64,000 nt of DNA from Pocillopora damicornis. Its lineage: Eukaryota. The notes beneath the pieces are model-generated. The model ran no database searches. It was not told where the DNA came from and saw nothing but the letters and a program-made list of their open reading frames with translations. A program made the position numbers and the translations under genes. The stretch covers positions 372,001 to 436,000 of the forward strand of contig NW_020846492.1 of the NCBI RefSeq assembly GCF_003704095.1, in the 5' to 3' direction. Below are positions 39,901 to 52,700 of the stretch, piece by piece. Within the stretch, counting starts at the first letter, position 1; every line of letters begins with the position of its first letter.

Positions 39901-42900
39901 GGAGGATGAAGATTCAATCGATGATGAATTCGAAGCAAAAGTTCGAACCAAGGAGATTCGAAGAATCAATCCTAATTTGCTTGTTCAGTTTATGAACGAG
40001 TCAAAAGAAGAACCCGCAAGTGATAGAAGACCCAAACAGGAAATCGTAAAAACTCAGCACGTGTTGGTGACGGAAACCACGTCCAAGGATGACAGCGATC
40101 ATGAAGATGCTCTGGAAAAAGATGACGAATTTGTCGAGGATGAATACGATCTCAAAGTGAAAAAAGGGCAAGTGAACAAGCTCGTCCTTGACAACAGTCC
40201 TTTCTTGCAAAAGCAAACCAGAAACGAGACACCTGTTTTGCAAACGAAATCAGAACCAAAGACTATTAAAGTACCTAAACAGGCCTTGCAGGATTCTTTT
40301 GTGCGGGAAGAAGAGCTTGTTCAAGTAATTGATGAGAAAGTTGTGGAGTGTCAACCTGACTTGGGTTTCCGTGAAGGAAACGAACACGATGAGTACGAGG
40401 TAAAAGTTAAATCCAAACTTGTTAAGAGGTTAAGTCATGACCAGTTCCATTTTCTCCGCAAGCAAGAAGAAGAGGAGCGTAAAAGGCTTCAAGAAGAGGA
40501 GCGACGTCGAATAGAACGCGAGGAACGCGAATTACTTAAAAAAGAGGAAGAGCGCAGAAGAAGGCTAGAGGCTGAAGCCCGTGCTAGAGAAGAAGAGAGG
40601 ATTCGCAAAGAAGAGGAAATCAGAAGGCAGGAAGAAGAAGCGAAAGCTCGTAAAGAGGAAGAAAACAGGCGTCGGCGTGAAGAGGCTGAACGAGTTAGAA
40701 AGGAGGAGGAAGAACGGTTACGAAGAGAAGAAGAAGAGGAGCAGATGCGCATGGAGGAAATGCGGAGGCAAAAGGAAGCAGCTAAAAAGAAATTTCAGAC
40801 CGGAATTTTTGATGATGTTCCTGTGACTCGTTCTGAGAAGGATATATACAGCGTGGGGCGTCTTGATGCGAATAAGTTCTTGCAATTCCAGCAAAGTCCT
40901 ACGGAAGAACCAAAACTGAAGTCAAAAGCGCGGTACGACCAGAAGGTAACAAAAGAACCCAAGGTACCAGAAGGTGTTGTAGAAACTGTTCAAGTGGCAT
41001 CTGTTGATTTGATTGAAAGCAGTCCTTATGAGGAAGATGGAGGATCTTTGCTATCCGAAGACGCAGAATACGAAGAAAAACGAAAGAGTGTGGGAAAACT
41101 GGACAAGGAGTGGTACATTTTACAGCAACGAAAGCAAGCGGAAGAAAATGAGCGGCGAGCCAAAGAATTAGAAGAGCAAAGGCTAAGAGAAGAACGTAAT
41201 GAAATATTCCGGTTTCAGGACGACGATTCCACTCCAGAAGTTGTTGGCACTTTGGAAAAAAGAAGAAGCAAGCTTAGCGCCGACAAGTTTAGTGTTTTTG
41301 AACAGGATGCTGTGGGAGGGAACAGTGGACCCGGAAAAACCCAAAAAGAAGGTTCAATTATGGTTAAAAAGAGGGAAGAAGTTCAATCTGCACCTGCAGA
41401 AATAAAAGAGTATGAAAGTAATGGAAAGATTAATAGAAAGAATTATGACGATGACAATGTTATCATTCTCGGAATGGATGATTCCGAAACAGTCCAACGG
41501 AAAATGCGTCTCCAGCGAGAAAGAGACGAAAAACAACTGCTTCGCCAAGAGGAGGAAAGGAGAAGATTGCTTGCCGAGGAAAGTTTGGACTACCGTGACA
41601 GTGAAACAGAGAGTGATAAACCCAAGAGTGTTGGAAAACTGAATTACCAACAATTCTCTGTGTTCCAGCAGGAAGGACCAGTCGCTCCGATAGCAAAACC
41701 GCGCAAGCAGGACCCGCAAGTGATCCAAGAAGTGGTCAGTGTCAAAAGTCAGGAGGTAGTTGAAAGCTCTCCAGTCGATATGAACGAAGCTTATGCCTGC
41801 CACGGGGGTCCTGCTGAGACGCAAGAAGATGTTGAGTATGAGAAAAAGATCAACGCAGGCCAGAGACTTGATGTGGAAAAGTTCTTGAATGCCAGGTCGC
41901 AGGAGTCAGTAGAGAGAACACAACGTGCTAAACGAATGGCAGAGGAGAGAATGCGTCAGGAGCAGGAAGAGCTGGCTAAGTTAAGATTAGAGGAACAAAG
42001 GCGGATGCAAGCGGAACTAGACGGGGGCTATGAGAAAGAAAGTGATCATATTCAGCCGCTGGAAACCGAAAGTAGGGAATCTATAACCGGCTCCGATTCT
42101 GAAAGGTCACGAAAAGTGTCCATTGAAAGAAAAACGTCGACACCCATGGAACATGAGCCAGAGAGTACAGAAAAAGGTGTTGGTGTTGGTGTTGGTCGTT
42201 TACCAGAGGAACTTCGTTTACAATTTGAGAGTGATAGCAAAAATACAAGTTCTCGACGACAGTCCACTAAAATCAAAGGCTCAAGATCACTGACAGACGA
42301 AGAATCGACAAGGACAAACTCGATTGAGAGTCTTCGCAGTATTTCTGGTGAAAGTATGTCTTCTGGGGCGCGAGAAAAAGACATGAATGGAACCGCTAGT
42401 ATCACTGAAAAATTGTCGTCCTTAGACAGGTAAGTACAATTTAATTTCAAACCTTGTAGTAATATACTGATTTTATTCTTAGTGCTCGACTCACGGTCCA
42501 TTAAGAGCTCATTTGGAAACTTCTGGCGTAACATACCTGTGTGAGATACCGATAAAAATCGCTTAGTTGAGTCGTAATCAGGTTTTTCCAATGCAGAATA
42601 CGCTTGAAACTTTCAGCTTTTACAGAAAATAGTAAACCAAAACTGCTATGATTTGGAGGACATGTTTACCTTCACGAACTACATTTATATACCACGAATG
42701 CTTTCTTTCAGGAGGGAGTCCAATCAGGAAGTTCAAGTGGAAGACAGAACAACAGAGGTGTGTTTTATAAACTTTTTCCACACATTATTTTTATACATTA
42801 CTTTTGGATCTGTCCTCTCGCCAAAAGAAGTAAACTATCTATGAATGAACAGACAACCTAGCTAATTTCCAACCAAGATGACCGGAACGAATGAAAGCTT

Positions 42901-43558
42901 TTTAATAGGATACATAGACGTTTACTTTGTGACATTTTCAAACACGTAAATAGAATATATCACATATTTCAAAAACCACACAGTAATCTTTTTTTAAGTA
43001 AAAAATTCAAAAAAAATTCCAGTCATCGGAACCGTTCCACTGCTATCAGTAGAAGACGTAGTAGAACGGCGCCCAAGCAAAACTACATTTTGTGAGCAAC
43101 TCATGGGCCAGTTCCAAAAGAAAACGAACAGATAAGCATTAGTTTCACGAGAAATAAGTTCAGATGTCGGATTTCGCAAGATTTCGCTACTTTTTGGATG
43201 ATTCATGTTTGCTTATGCCTGGATATAGTTTTGGCTTCGAGTTCCAGTGACACAGTTGTTGAACTATACACCTGCTATGATAAATAATCTTAAGGTTTCC
43301 TGGTTATAGTCGTACTCTCCAGAGGAAAAACCAATTCCTAAGAAACTCAACACAAGTATGTTTGCTGCCTTTGAGAAGAGCGACCGCGGACCAGTACAGC
43401 TTCGGCGTGCGAAGAGCGAGAAGCGTGCCAGACCCAAGAGCATTGGAAACGTGGACTTATTGATATGGCAAGATGACGCTAATCTTTCCCATCCTCCCAC
43501 CGACGTTTCAAGAGGGGGGTCTGGGCGCCAGCCACGACCAAAAAGCATTGCATTTTGA
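24517..43558 (+). CDS. Large (~2265 aa) Glu/Arg/Lys-rich protein: N-terminal plexus/GSE1-like C4 finger, ER/K helices, repeated GKL..F motifs
   Basis: Exons 24517-24823, 29141-30786, 31621-32010, 33451-33785, 34942-34972, 35808-36208, 37312-37342, 38428-39075, 39716-42429, 42712-42757, 43310-43558. All junctions are GT-AG and phase-compatible; total 6798 nt = 2266 codons including stop. The 39075 donor (GAG|gtattc) and the 33451 acceptor are weaker. Confidence 0.8.
28758..28802 (+). ncRNA. Minimal type I hammerhead-ribozyme-like motif in a second Penelope-type repeat
   Basis: tgact-CTGATGA-t-gacttccgctcagtttttc-GAAA-c-GTC-agtca. Stem I tgact/agtca, both core boxes and the GUC triplet are present; stem II is weak. 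Confidence 0.55.
30861..30927 (+). mobile_element. Short family B 3' fragment with 8-bp target-site duplication
   Basis: cctgttca at 30853-30860 and 30928-30935 flanks the shared tail. Confidence 0.7.
34595..34804. mobile_element. Family A MITE
   Basis: ttaaccttttaacttcc ... gggagttaaagggttaa. Confidence 0.85.
35134..35190. repeat. Pentamer microsatellite (ggaat/ggact) grading into aaccgtact
   Basis: ggaatggaatggactggactggactggactgaaccgtacttaaccgtact. Confidence 0.8.
35621..35747 (+). CDS. Candidate alternative terminal exon of the 24517-43558 gene
   Basis: Good acceptor (catttcccacag). Phase 2, matching the donor at 33785. Reads (S)ESRLEKSRLTEDARKRTHVRNETRRGQDACSKTAKISPSDI-stop. Confidence 0.4.
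36576..36786. mobile_element. Family A MITE; relatives at ~36340-36514 and ~36893-37030
   Basis: ttaaccctttaacctcc ... gggagttaaagggttaa. Further decayed copies at ~2409-2612, ~16855-16950, ~25980-26160 and ~44250-44428. Confidence 0.85.
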
Positions 43559-44556
43559 GCAACGAATGTTGGCCAATAATCGATGAAACATATCATGATG
43601 TAGTAATTATACGTTTAATTGTATAGCTATAATAATTGCGATAAACTTTGTGCGAAATTTGAACAATTCGGTTGGTCCGAATGGCGAACGATCCACGTTT
43701 GATTTAATTTCGTTTTGAGAGCTCTTAATATTATGATACAAAAGGTGTAGGGGGGGGAAGGAGGCACATCTCGCTTTAACATGTTCAGTGTACTCCAAGA
43801 CAATTCAATACAACACTTACCCAAGTGCTATTAAAAGCATCTTTTTCACGTGATTAGATGTATGAAACGTCATTTTTCAACAAAAACAGTTTTCATATCG
43901 TTAAGCCAGGGTATGACCGCTGAAAAAAAAGAAAAGAAAACGACAAAAAAAAAATAGTTGACATCATAGCAAAATTTCGGCAAAGGTTAAATATGTTTCC
44001 AGTGTTAAGTTAGTTCCTAATTTTTTACTTAAATTTGTAAGTCAATTTGATTAACCTTTTGTTAATGACCAAGTCGACAAGAAAGGGTTAGAGTTTTATA
44101 GAATGGAACTTTACGATGGGTTGTTGGCTGTCGACATCTTGCGTTACGCATAACTCCAAGTTTACAGAAATGTCGAAGATGTAAAAAATTCGTGGAGGTT
44201 TTTTCATAAGTTTGTAACCAGATAAAACATTAGCACCGAAAAATCACTTTAAATCTTTACTCTTAATATCTGGTTGTTAATTCTCCCCTCTAGCTGCTTC
44301 ACATTTTCTTGTAAATTAGTTACGAGAATTTGGTAAACTTCTACCTGTTTGCTGAATAATGCATGTTTTTTTAATAGTGGGGAGAAGTTTCATATCAGTC
44401 ACTCGTGGAAGTTGACGGGAAGGGTTAATATCCTTTATGAAATCATTATCGTCTTTGTCGGCGTGTGTATCAGTAATGAAAAATGATAAGATATCGTAGA
44501 TAGTTATACGTGTATAAGCTCTGAAGAAATTTAGAACATTTTCAAAATCACTCTTT

Positions 44557-44686
44557 GAGGGCCCATGATTCTAAATGACCCACTGAGGGCCCCATACTTA
44601 AACGAACCCTTCTCATATCACCCGCTAAGAGCCCCATACTTAAGCGAACCTTTTTAGTATCACCCGCAAAGGGTCCACTACTTAGC
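44557..44686. repeat. Short degenerate tandem repeat, ~43-bp unit
   Basis: gccccatacttaaRcgaacc...tatcacccgc twice, plus partial units on either side. Confidence 0.7.
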
Positions 44687-47559
44687 TTTACTCAAAATCC
44701 CCGGTTTTCGCCCAGTCAATATCAAGATCAGAATTCGAAATAATGGTAGATTTTGGTTCAAACAGGAAGACCTATAATATAACAAGGTCGTCAATTGAAA
44801 GATCATTTTAAGAGAAAATTTCAGCTTTACAACAGGCGAACAATACACCCAGAGAAAACAGAGGTAGAAAATCAAAGCTGACCGATTCATATTGTTAAAT
44901 TTTCGCCCGCTAAACAATTCTACAAATTACAGAAACTGTCATTGGTGTTTTCTTTGTAGGACTTGACTTATTTGTAAGTCAATCATTTGAAATAAATAAT
45001 TTAAATTAAGTCTGAGTACTTGTCTTGATTGCAGTGTTATTTGCGGAGTTTTTTTATTTCTACTTTCAGTCGCTCTAGCCTTTCTTTTCTGCGAGATACA
45101 ATTTTCGACGACACAAAAATATGTAAGAATGAACCTTCGAGGTAACTGATGGTTTCACTAACGACCAGTTCGCTAATGTCTCAGGTCGTTTCGCCAACGT
45201 CTTAAAGGTCGTTTTGCTAACGTAGTACAAAACGTTCAGTGAATTCATTGGTAGAACTTGATCGACTTCTAATCGACCGAAAAATCGTAGGGGAAGTCAA
45301 ATAGTTTCAATACAAATTGAAAGTTGATTCCATACATGTAATCACTGTGACTTCAACCAGTCGATCTCAGTCCATTTTCGGCCAAAAGTACACGTATATT
45401 TACGGTACATTTCATTTGTCGCGACTTCGAAGAAAAAAAAACTTTAAAGAGACGTTAGCGCAGTAACCTAGAACGTTAGCGACACAATCCACGAAGTTAA
45501 CGAATGCAATTCACCTTTGGATGGTCTGCATGAACGATCCTTTATTGTTTTAGTAAAGCATGTTTGGTTCACTCCGCGGTCTCCTTGAACGTCCCGGAAA
45601 TTTTAGCACTACTACAAAACGATGTTGTGGTACCCTTTAAATTGGCTTATTCCCGCTCCCCGGTAAAAAGTGGATGCGTGTGATCTCTGCTTTAACCATC
45701 ACGCATGAAATAATTTTCTGGAGGCTACTCAAAGGAATTCTGAACATCCGACCGTAGTCCTCAACTTAATATAATAAAGTACTACGTTTCTAAAAGACGA
45801 TATCTTTGCTGCTAAGAAGCAGACGCTTCCAATACTAAAAACGTGACATGCCATTTGCGGTGAAGTCGTCAGTCGAAGATAATGAAAACTTAAATGTCAT
45901 CTGAAAGTCTTCCGGTGTTCTTTTAAACAATTTACTTTGTGCTCGTTATTTGAATTTACTGGAATTATCGATATCTCCCAAAAGTGCAAATGATATCACT
46001 TGTGTTAACTAAGCATAGATAGTTCGCAATACGTCTTTGTACTCCCAAGGTGACATCTGCGTCACGAAAGTTATAATTATCATGATATCACTAAAAACTC
46101 GGCGGGGACCCATTGCACGGAAGCAATTAGTTCCAGTTCATCCACTTTGTTTTATAGTGACCCCAGTTGCTTATGTCTCTGATTTCATTGATGGCAGTTG
46201 CTAGGGATAAAATCGAAGACCTTGAAGGCAAGATCAATATCAAAATGTTGTGTAAAACCGTGGGAAAAGTATACAATAAGAATGTACAATGATATGAGAG
46301 AAAAGAGAGTACTTTCTTTTACTTATTCACCTGTTTTTCGCTCACCAGGCATGCAGATAATTCTTGAAAGTTCCATAAAGATAGACGAGTGAATGGATTC
46401 AAAATTTCAATAATTAGGTGTTAAAAAGCGGTATAGCTGTGTTTATCACTGATTTAAAAGTAAGGGGTAGTTATATAAGATACAGAATCATTGATCCACA
46501 TTAAATTTTCCTGGAGTCATATAAATCCAAATTTACTACCACCTGGAGGTCTTTAGAAAACTAACTGACAAACGATTAAATACATCAAAAATTTCCAGCT
46601 TGTGCGTGCAAAGGATTAACAAATTGGTAATGTTCGTGCTACAAATTCCGTCGGTTTTCCTTTACTTGGGAATAACCTTCTTGAGAGAAAGCAACTTCAA
46701 AGAAACCGTGGGAAATTGGCCGAGTTAGTCATGGTCGAATGAAGATGTCATTATCCTCAACAAAGAAAGTGATTAGTGCATTTTTTAATGACAATTCCTA
46801 AAAACAGTTCAGGAGAATTCAAACTTTTATCAGCAAAAATAATAGAAAATCGACAAAACAAACGGACAGCAAACGGGTCCATACTGTTTTTAGTTTTTGC
46901 GTTGCGAATCAATTAACAATAGTGGTATCGTTTGTGGGCTGGAAAGTGGAAATTCGGCCAAAGAGGAAAGTGGGATGTGTTAAAACAAGACCGGCTTCAC
47001 GCATGAGGCAGAACCTTCTAGTTGCCATAATTATCTTTGGATCAGTCACACTCCAATAACCTTGTCCACAGTTCGTCCTGTTGTTTTGGGTCGTTGCTAT
47101 ATTACGGTCAGTCTCTTAGACTCGCTCAGATGACTTGGAAAAGTTACTAGGTACAGCTTGTGTCAAGAATCAACATATTATAATCAAGTTGAGCAGTGCG
47201 GTTCGTTCGTTCCATTTTCAAGTCCTCTCCAAGGAAGAAGGTAATATTTTACTTTCCTTTATCTAAAGATCAAGAGAACACTGCATGTCAATAAAGTTGG
47301 CGTAAGGAGTGAGAGGCGAATAAACCTCTTTTAGAGGAGCATACGAAGGGAGACAAGACCCTACCTTAATCGCAACACTAGCTATAAAATAAAATGATTA
47401 ATGTTCTCTACTACAAAAACATAAAAAGCTGCAGTTGTTACATCTTCATTTGAGTGCAGTTTGATAATCACAGAACGTATTTGGAAAAATCTGATAATCT
47501 TTGTGTGTTTACTTCCCCTGATTAATGTTCAGTTTACGGCTTGATCTCCATCAGTTTAT

Positions 47560-47720
47560 TACAAAAATTCTAGAGACTCCGAACTTAGTTAACTCAGTCG
47601 GTTGTCCAACATGTATTTGCTTCTTCACGCTTGGGGAACTCAGGCACTCCATCGAATTCAATCGTGTCTCTAGATTGTTCCACACACGAATGCCTAATGT
47701 ATATTGCAAAATTGTCGAGG
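47560..47720 (-). mobile_element. Possible decayed LINE (CR1/L2-like) ORF2 C-terminal remnant
   Basis: YTLGIRVWNNLETRLNSMECLSSPSVKKQI resembles the G.++WN.L....+....SL..FK..L tail of these elements; short and degenerate. Confidence 0.35.
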
Positions 47721-48947
47721 ATATGTGGCAGGGTGAGAAGGAATATCTATCATCAATTTCAAGCACCTTTTAACGTTATTGTCTTACGGAACTTTCCAGC
47801 AAAACAAACCCCAACCTTTCTTTGTCTATTAAAAAACGTAAGAGTTTACACTGATGAAACAAATAATACGACTGTCTAATTTAAATACAATACACAGTTA
47901 ATTGAAAATAAAATATTTTCGGCTCTTGGAAACGCCACAGATTAGAGAATCGGCTTAACGTTTTTGTGTACGTTTCAGTATTTTTGATTGAGCATGCTTG
48001 AGTTGAACAGTTTGCTTGTGTCAACTCAACTAAACAAAAACATAAAGGTAAATCCATTGTCGGCAATCTCGTTCTTTCGTAAGGAGTCGAGAAAAATCAA
48101 ATAACTGCAAACTGTTTTTTTTTCGGCGTTTGAGACAATAAAACTGTTAGAGTAAAGGCTAATGAGAATCGATATTTCGATAAAAATAATCCTAGGGAAC
48201 GAAGTCTCGGACCAAAATCCAATATACCGATCATTAAGACTTTGGTATTCCTGAACCTTTTCAGAAGACAAGTAGATATATCAAGGGAGTTGCTTGGAAC
48301 TTAAGAATAAGACTTGTGGCAAACGGTAATCGACACATGAAAAATTCTTTCATCCGCTTTTTTTGTACCAAGTTTACTACCTTGAAAGTATTAGAATTAA
48401 TAATATATGTTGTTTCCGATGTTTTTTTTTTTTTTTTTTTTGGGGGGGGGGGGGGGGTTTAATTTATGTTTCAGGGGAAAAAAAACAAAAAAGGAAATCG
48501 CAGGGGTTTTTGCCGTATTCCGTTACTGTGAATGTCATTATTAATAACGCTTATCTTAAAATCGCCAGTTTATGCTAAAAGTTGAGTTGTATCAGGTTGT
48601 GACGCACGATATCTTACGCATCACCTAAAATAGTAAGTTAAGGTGAACAATCGCTCGTTAAACACGTACTACTGGGCGTAACGCCGAAGAAACACTTTTC
48701 TTATTATGGATAACACTAAATAGAAGCAGAGGCAATAAATGCTACCTTATCCACCGTAAAGAGTTCCAACAGCTGACGTTTTGAGCGTTAGCCCTTTGTG
48801 GGAGCGAATGATTTAGTTTTACCAAAGAAAACTTGATGAGTGGTCATAAGCTTTGGTCACAACTTTCTTACACTTTTCCCTCATGGTTTTTCTACCTCAC
48901 ATTGCCTCAGTTCTAGGGACCTTTAACAAGATGGCTAGGGAATACTA

Positions 48948-49403
48948 CAGTCAAACCTGTATTAAGTTGTCACCCGAGAGGAATGGCGGATGACCGCTTA
49001 ATACAGGTGGACTACTTAATGCAGCTTGACCGGCAAATGACTTGTCTGATGTTCGTGCGTAATATTTTTCCAAACAGTCCAAAGAAGAAAGATAATATAC
49101 AGTGCGTTGACGACAGTTGAACTGAAAGTTACTAACATTGATTCCGGGAGATAAACATGGAATAAATTTGACTTAAGAGAATTCTTAATGTTATATGAGA
49201 GGTTCGGCTTTAAGTGATCATTCAATACAGGTGGAAGACAATACAAACAGGTCGTTACGACTCAGTCAAGGGTGACCACGAACACTCAATAAAGGTGACT
49301 GCTAAATAGAGGTGAAAAATACCGGCGTTAAGTGGAACAAAATTACGGGACTTTGACAACCGACCGCTTAATACATGGTGACCGCTTAATACAGATTCGA
49401 CTG
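48948..49403. mobile_element. Tc1/mariner-pogo-type MITE with TA duplication
   Basis: TA|CAGTCAAACCTGTATTAAG ... CTTAATACAGATTCGACTG|TA, with internal repeats of gaccgcttaataca. Confidence 0.8.
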
Positions 49404-49717
49404 TAGTATGTCACAATTGTTTCCGTATCAATTAAAAATATAATTAACCTATTGGCCCGGCAGGCTAGAAACCACTATATATCAATTGATTTAAGTATTC
49501 ATAGAACAAACTCAGATCAGATCAAACAAGAATTAATTCCTCTAAATCCCCGCACGAGATTTCGCAACGTCCTCTGGGAAATAATCCCACACTCAATCGC
49601 TATATTCTTCACTTTTTACGCAGCACAACAACGAAAATATCTCCGAATTCATCCCATGACGCCGCTTGGTTAGATAACACGAAGGAAACTCTTCCTTCCA
49701 CTTCAAATTGAGAAAAA

Positions 49718-52700
49718 ATGTCACAAATTATCACGAGAAAGGTGTTCACGTGTTCCAGCGCTTCGACACAGCACCCGATCGAAATAACAGGCGAGGAGGG
49801 CACCATCCTAAAACCAGAAACGTTTCCTTCGAGTTACGAAGCAGCAGTTGCAGAAAGTCCACACAGTGAAATAGACCAAGGAGGTGGAATTGCCTTCAAA
49901 ATTCGTGGGAGTAAAGATGCTAATCCAGCATATACAAAACAAAGTTCAACAAAGATCGTTCGGACATTTGTTACGAATGAAGAAGAGAAGAAACAGCTCG
50001 CCAACGAGGCAGCACTGAATATTAAAACAACAGTAAATTCTAATACTGAACAAAGTCTTGCGATATTACAAGAAAATATTCAAACAACGAATAGACACTC
50101 AACCACTGCAGCCAACGAAGACCCTGGAAAACATACCAACGTGGACTCTACTAATATAACAGCTACCAGCAGACGAAGGTCAAAAACGAGTTACACATAC
50201 AGAGTTCATGATGGCATAGCAGTGTTGGAAAATGTAACAAGATACCAGCCTGAAACGCAAACAATCACAAACTTTGCGCGCCAAAATCCAAAACATACAG
50301 AGATATCCAATGTATCCTTTGAAATAAATACAGAAGACCTGGCAACAAACCAAGACCATGACGTTCAAAAACAAAACACCTTCAGAACAAATCTGGCCTT
50401 TCAATCCAAGCCCAAGACGATATTTACGCAAATGGATATGGTCTCTAAATCAGAAAATAGAGCCGTAAGAGAAATATCTGGTAATCGTCATACTGAGGGC
50501 ATTGGCCAACCATCAACAGACGCAGAAAAAAGGAGACAACTAAAATTAACCACCCGAACTACGGCATACCATGCCACAGCACAAAATTCATCCCAAGGAG
50601 AAAGGCAACTTATTGACACCCCCCAAGACACCCAGAAATCACCAACATACTCTTACTCAGTCACAAGCCCAGGCCCTTCTCACAAGATTTTTGGATCAGA
50701 GGTGTACGGAGTAAAATCAATAACACAACCGCAGCACCAAAAAGAGCGTCTCCCATCAACCAATACAAAACAAATAACGACACAGCACCAAACAACAAAT
50801 ATATCTGACTCTGGAAAACTTATAATTCCCAATTTTACTCAATACACTTCAACCAATCAGGTAAAACTATGTGAGCCAACACCAAAGGACAACAATGTCA
50901 AAAGTGACGAAAAAGTAAAAGACCCCAACACTGAGGAGTGGGAAACACAGGTAGTTACTCAGAAAGATGTCCGTTCAGAAAAATCGCTGCCAACAAATAA
51001 GCTCTCAGCATATAAAATGCAACTTCTTCACAACCAAGATACACAGCCCAAGAAAAACCTCGACAAATCCAGCCCTGGAAGACTTGTCATTCCCGACTTT
51101 AATCAAAGTACTTTCACAGCAGAAGTCAAAGAGACCAAGCCATCGCCCAAAGTCGACAAACTCAAAACTGAAGAGTGGAGAACACAGGTAGTTACCTACG
51201 AAGAATTCAGATCAGAACCAACTCTCCAGGCAAACAGGCTCTCAGAAGATAAAATGAAATTTCTTCACAACCAAAATACACAGCCCGAGAAATACCTCGA
51301 CAAATCCAGCCCTGGCAGACTTGTCATTCCCGACTTTAATCAAAGCTCTTTCACCACAGAAGTCAAAGACATAAAGCCATTGCCCAAAGTCGACAAACTC
51401 AAAACTGAAAGGTGGGCAACACAGGTAGTTACTCAGGAAGATGTCAGATCAGAACAACCTCCACAGGCAAATAGACTGTCAGCAGATAAAATGAAATTTC
51501 TTCACAACCAAGATACACAGCCCGAGAAAAACCTCGACAAATCCAGCCCTAGCAGACTTCTCATTCCCGACTTTAATCAAAGCACCTTCACTACAGAGGT
51601 CAAGGAGACTAAGCCATCGCCCAAAGTCGACAAACTCAAAACTGAAGAGTGGGTAACACAGGTAGTTACTCAAGAAGAGATCAGACCAGAACCACCCCTC
51701 CAGGCAAACAGACTGTCAGCAGATAAAATGCAATTTCTTTACAACCAAGATACACAGCCTGAGAAAAACCTCGACAAATCCAGCCCTGGAAGACTTGTCA
51801 TTCCCGACTTTAAACAAAGTACTGTCACCACAGAGGTCAAAGACACTAAACCATCGCCCAAAGTCGAAAAACTCAAAGCCGAAGAGTGGGTAACACAGGT
51901 ACTTACTGAGAAAGAGGTCAGATCAGAGCCACCTCTGCAGGCAAAAAGGCTGTCAGCAAATAAAATGCAATTTCTTCACAACCGAGATACAGAGCCCGAG
52001 AAAATTCTCGACAAATCTGGTCCTGGCAGACTTGTCATTCCCGACTTTAAACAAAGTACTTTCACCACAGAGGTCAAGGAGACTGAGCCATCGCCTAAAG
52101 TCAACAAATTTAAAATTGAAAAGTGGGTAACACAGGTAATTACTCAGGAAGAAGTCAGATCAGAGCCACCTCTCCAGGCAAACAGGCTGTTAGCAGATAA
52201 AATAGAATTTCTTCACAATCAAGATACACAGCCTGAGAAAAAGCTCGACAAATCCAGTCCTGGAAGACTTGTCATTCCCGACTTTAATCAAAGCACCTTT
52301 ACCTCAGAAGTCAAAGAGACTAAGCCATCACCCAACGTCGACAAATTCAAAACTGAGGAGTGGCTAACACAGGTAGTAACTCAGGAAGAGGTCAGATCAG
52401 AACCACCTCTACAGGCAAACAGGCTGTCAGCAGATAAAACGCAATTTCTTCACAATCAAGAAACACAGCCCGAGAAAAAGCTCGACAAATCCAGTCCTGG
52501 AAGACTTGTCATTCCCGACTTTAATCAAAGTACTTCTACCACAGACGTCAAAGAGACTAAGCCATCGCCCAAGGTCGACAAACTCAAAACTGAAGAGTGG
52601 GTATCACAGGTACTTATTCAAGAGGAGATCAGATCAGAACCACCTCTCCAAGCAAACAGGCTGTCGGCAGATAAAATGCAATTTCTTCACAACCAAGCTA

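Noticed and set aside
29369-42591. Minus-strand Ser/Leu/Phe-rich ORFs (e.g. 29721-30431, 40489-40752, 42052-42591)
   Set aside because: They are antisense shadows of E/R/K-rich coding exons.
48422-48457. Poly-T/poly-G run, and poly-A runs near 4968-4995 and 62012-62032
   Set aside because: Simple homopolymers with no associated retrocopy or target-site duplication.
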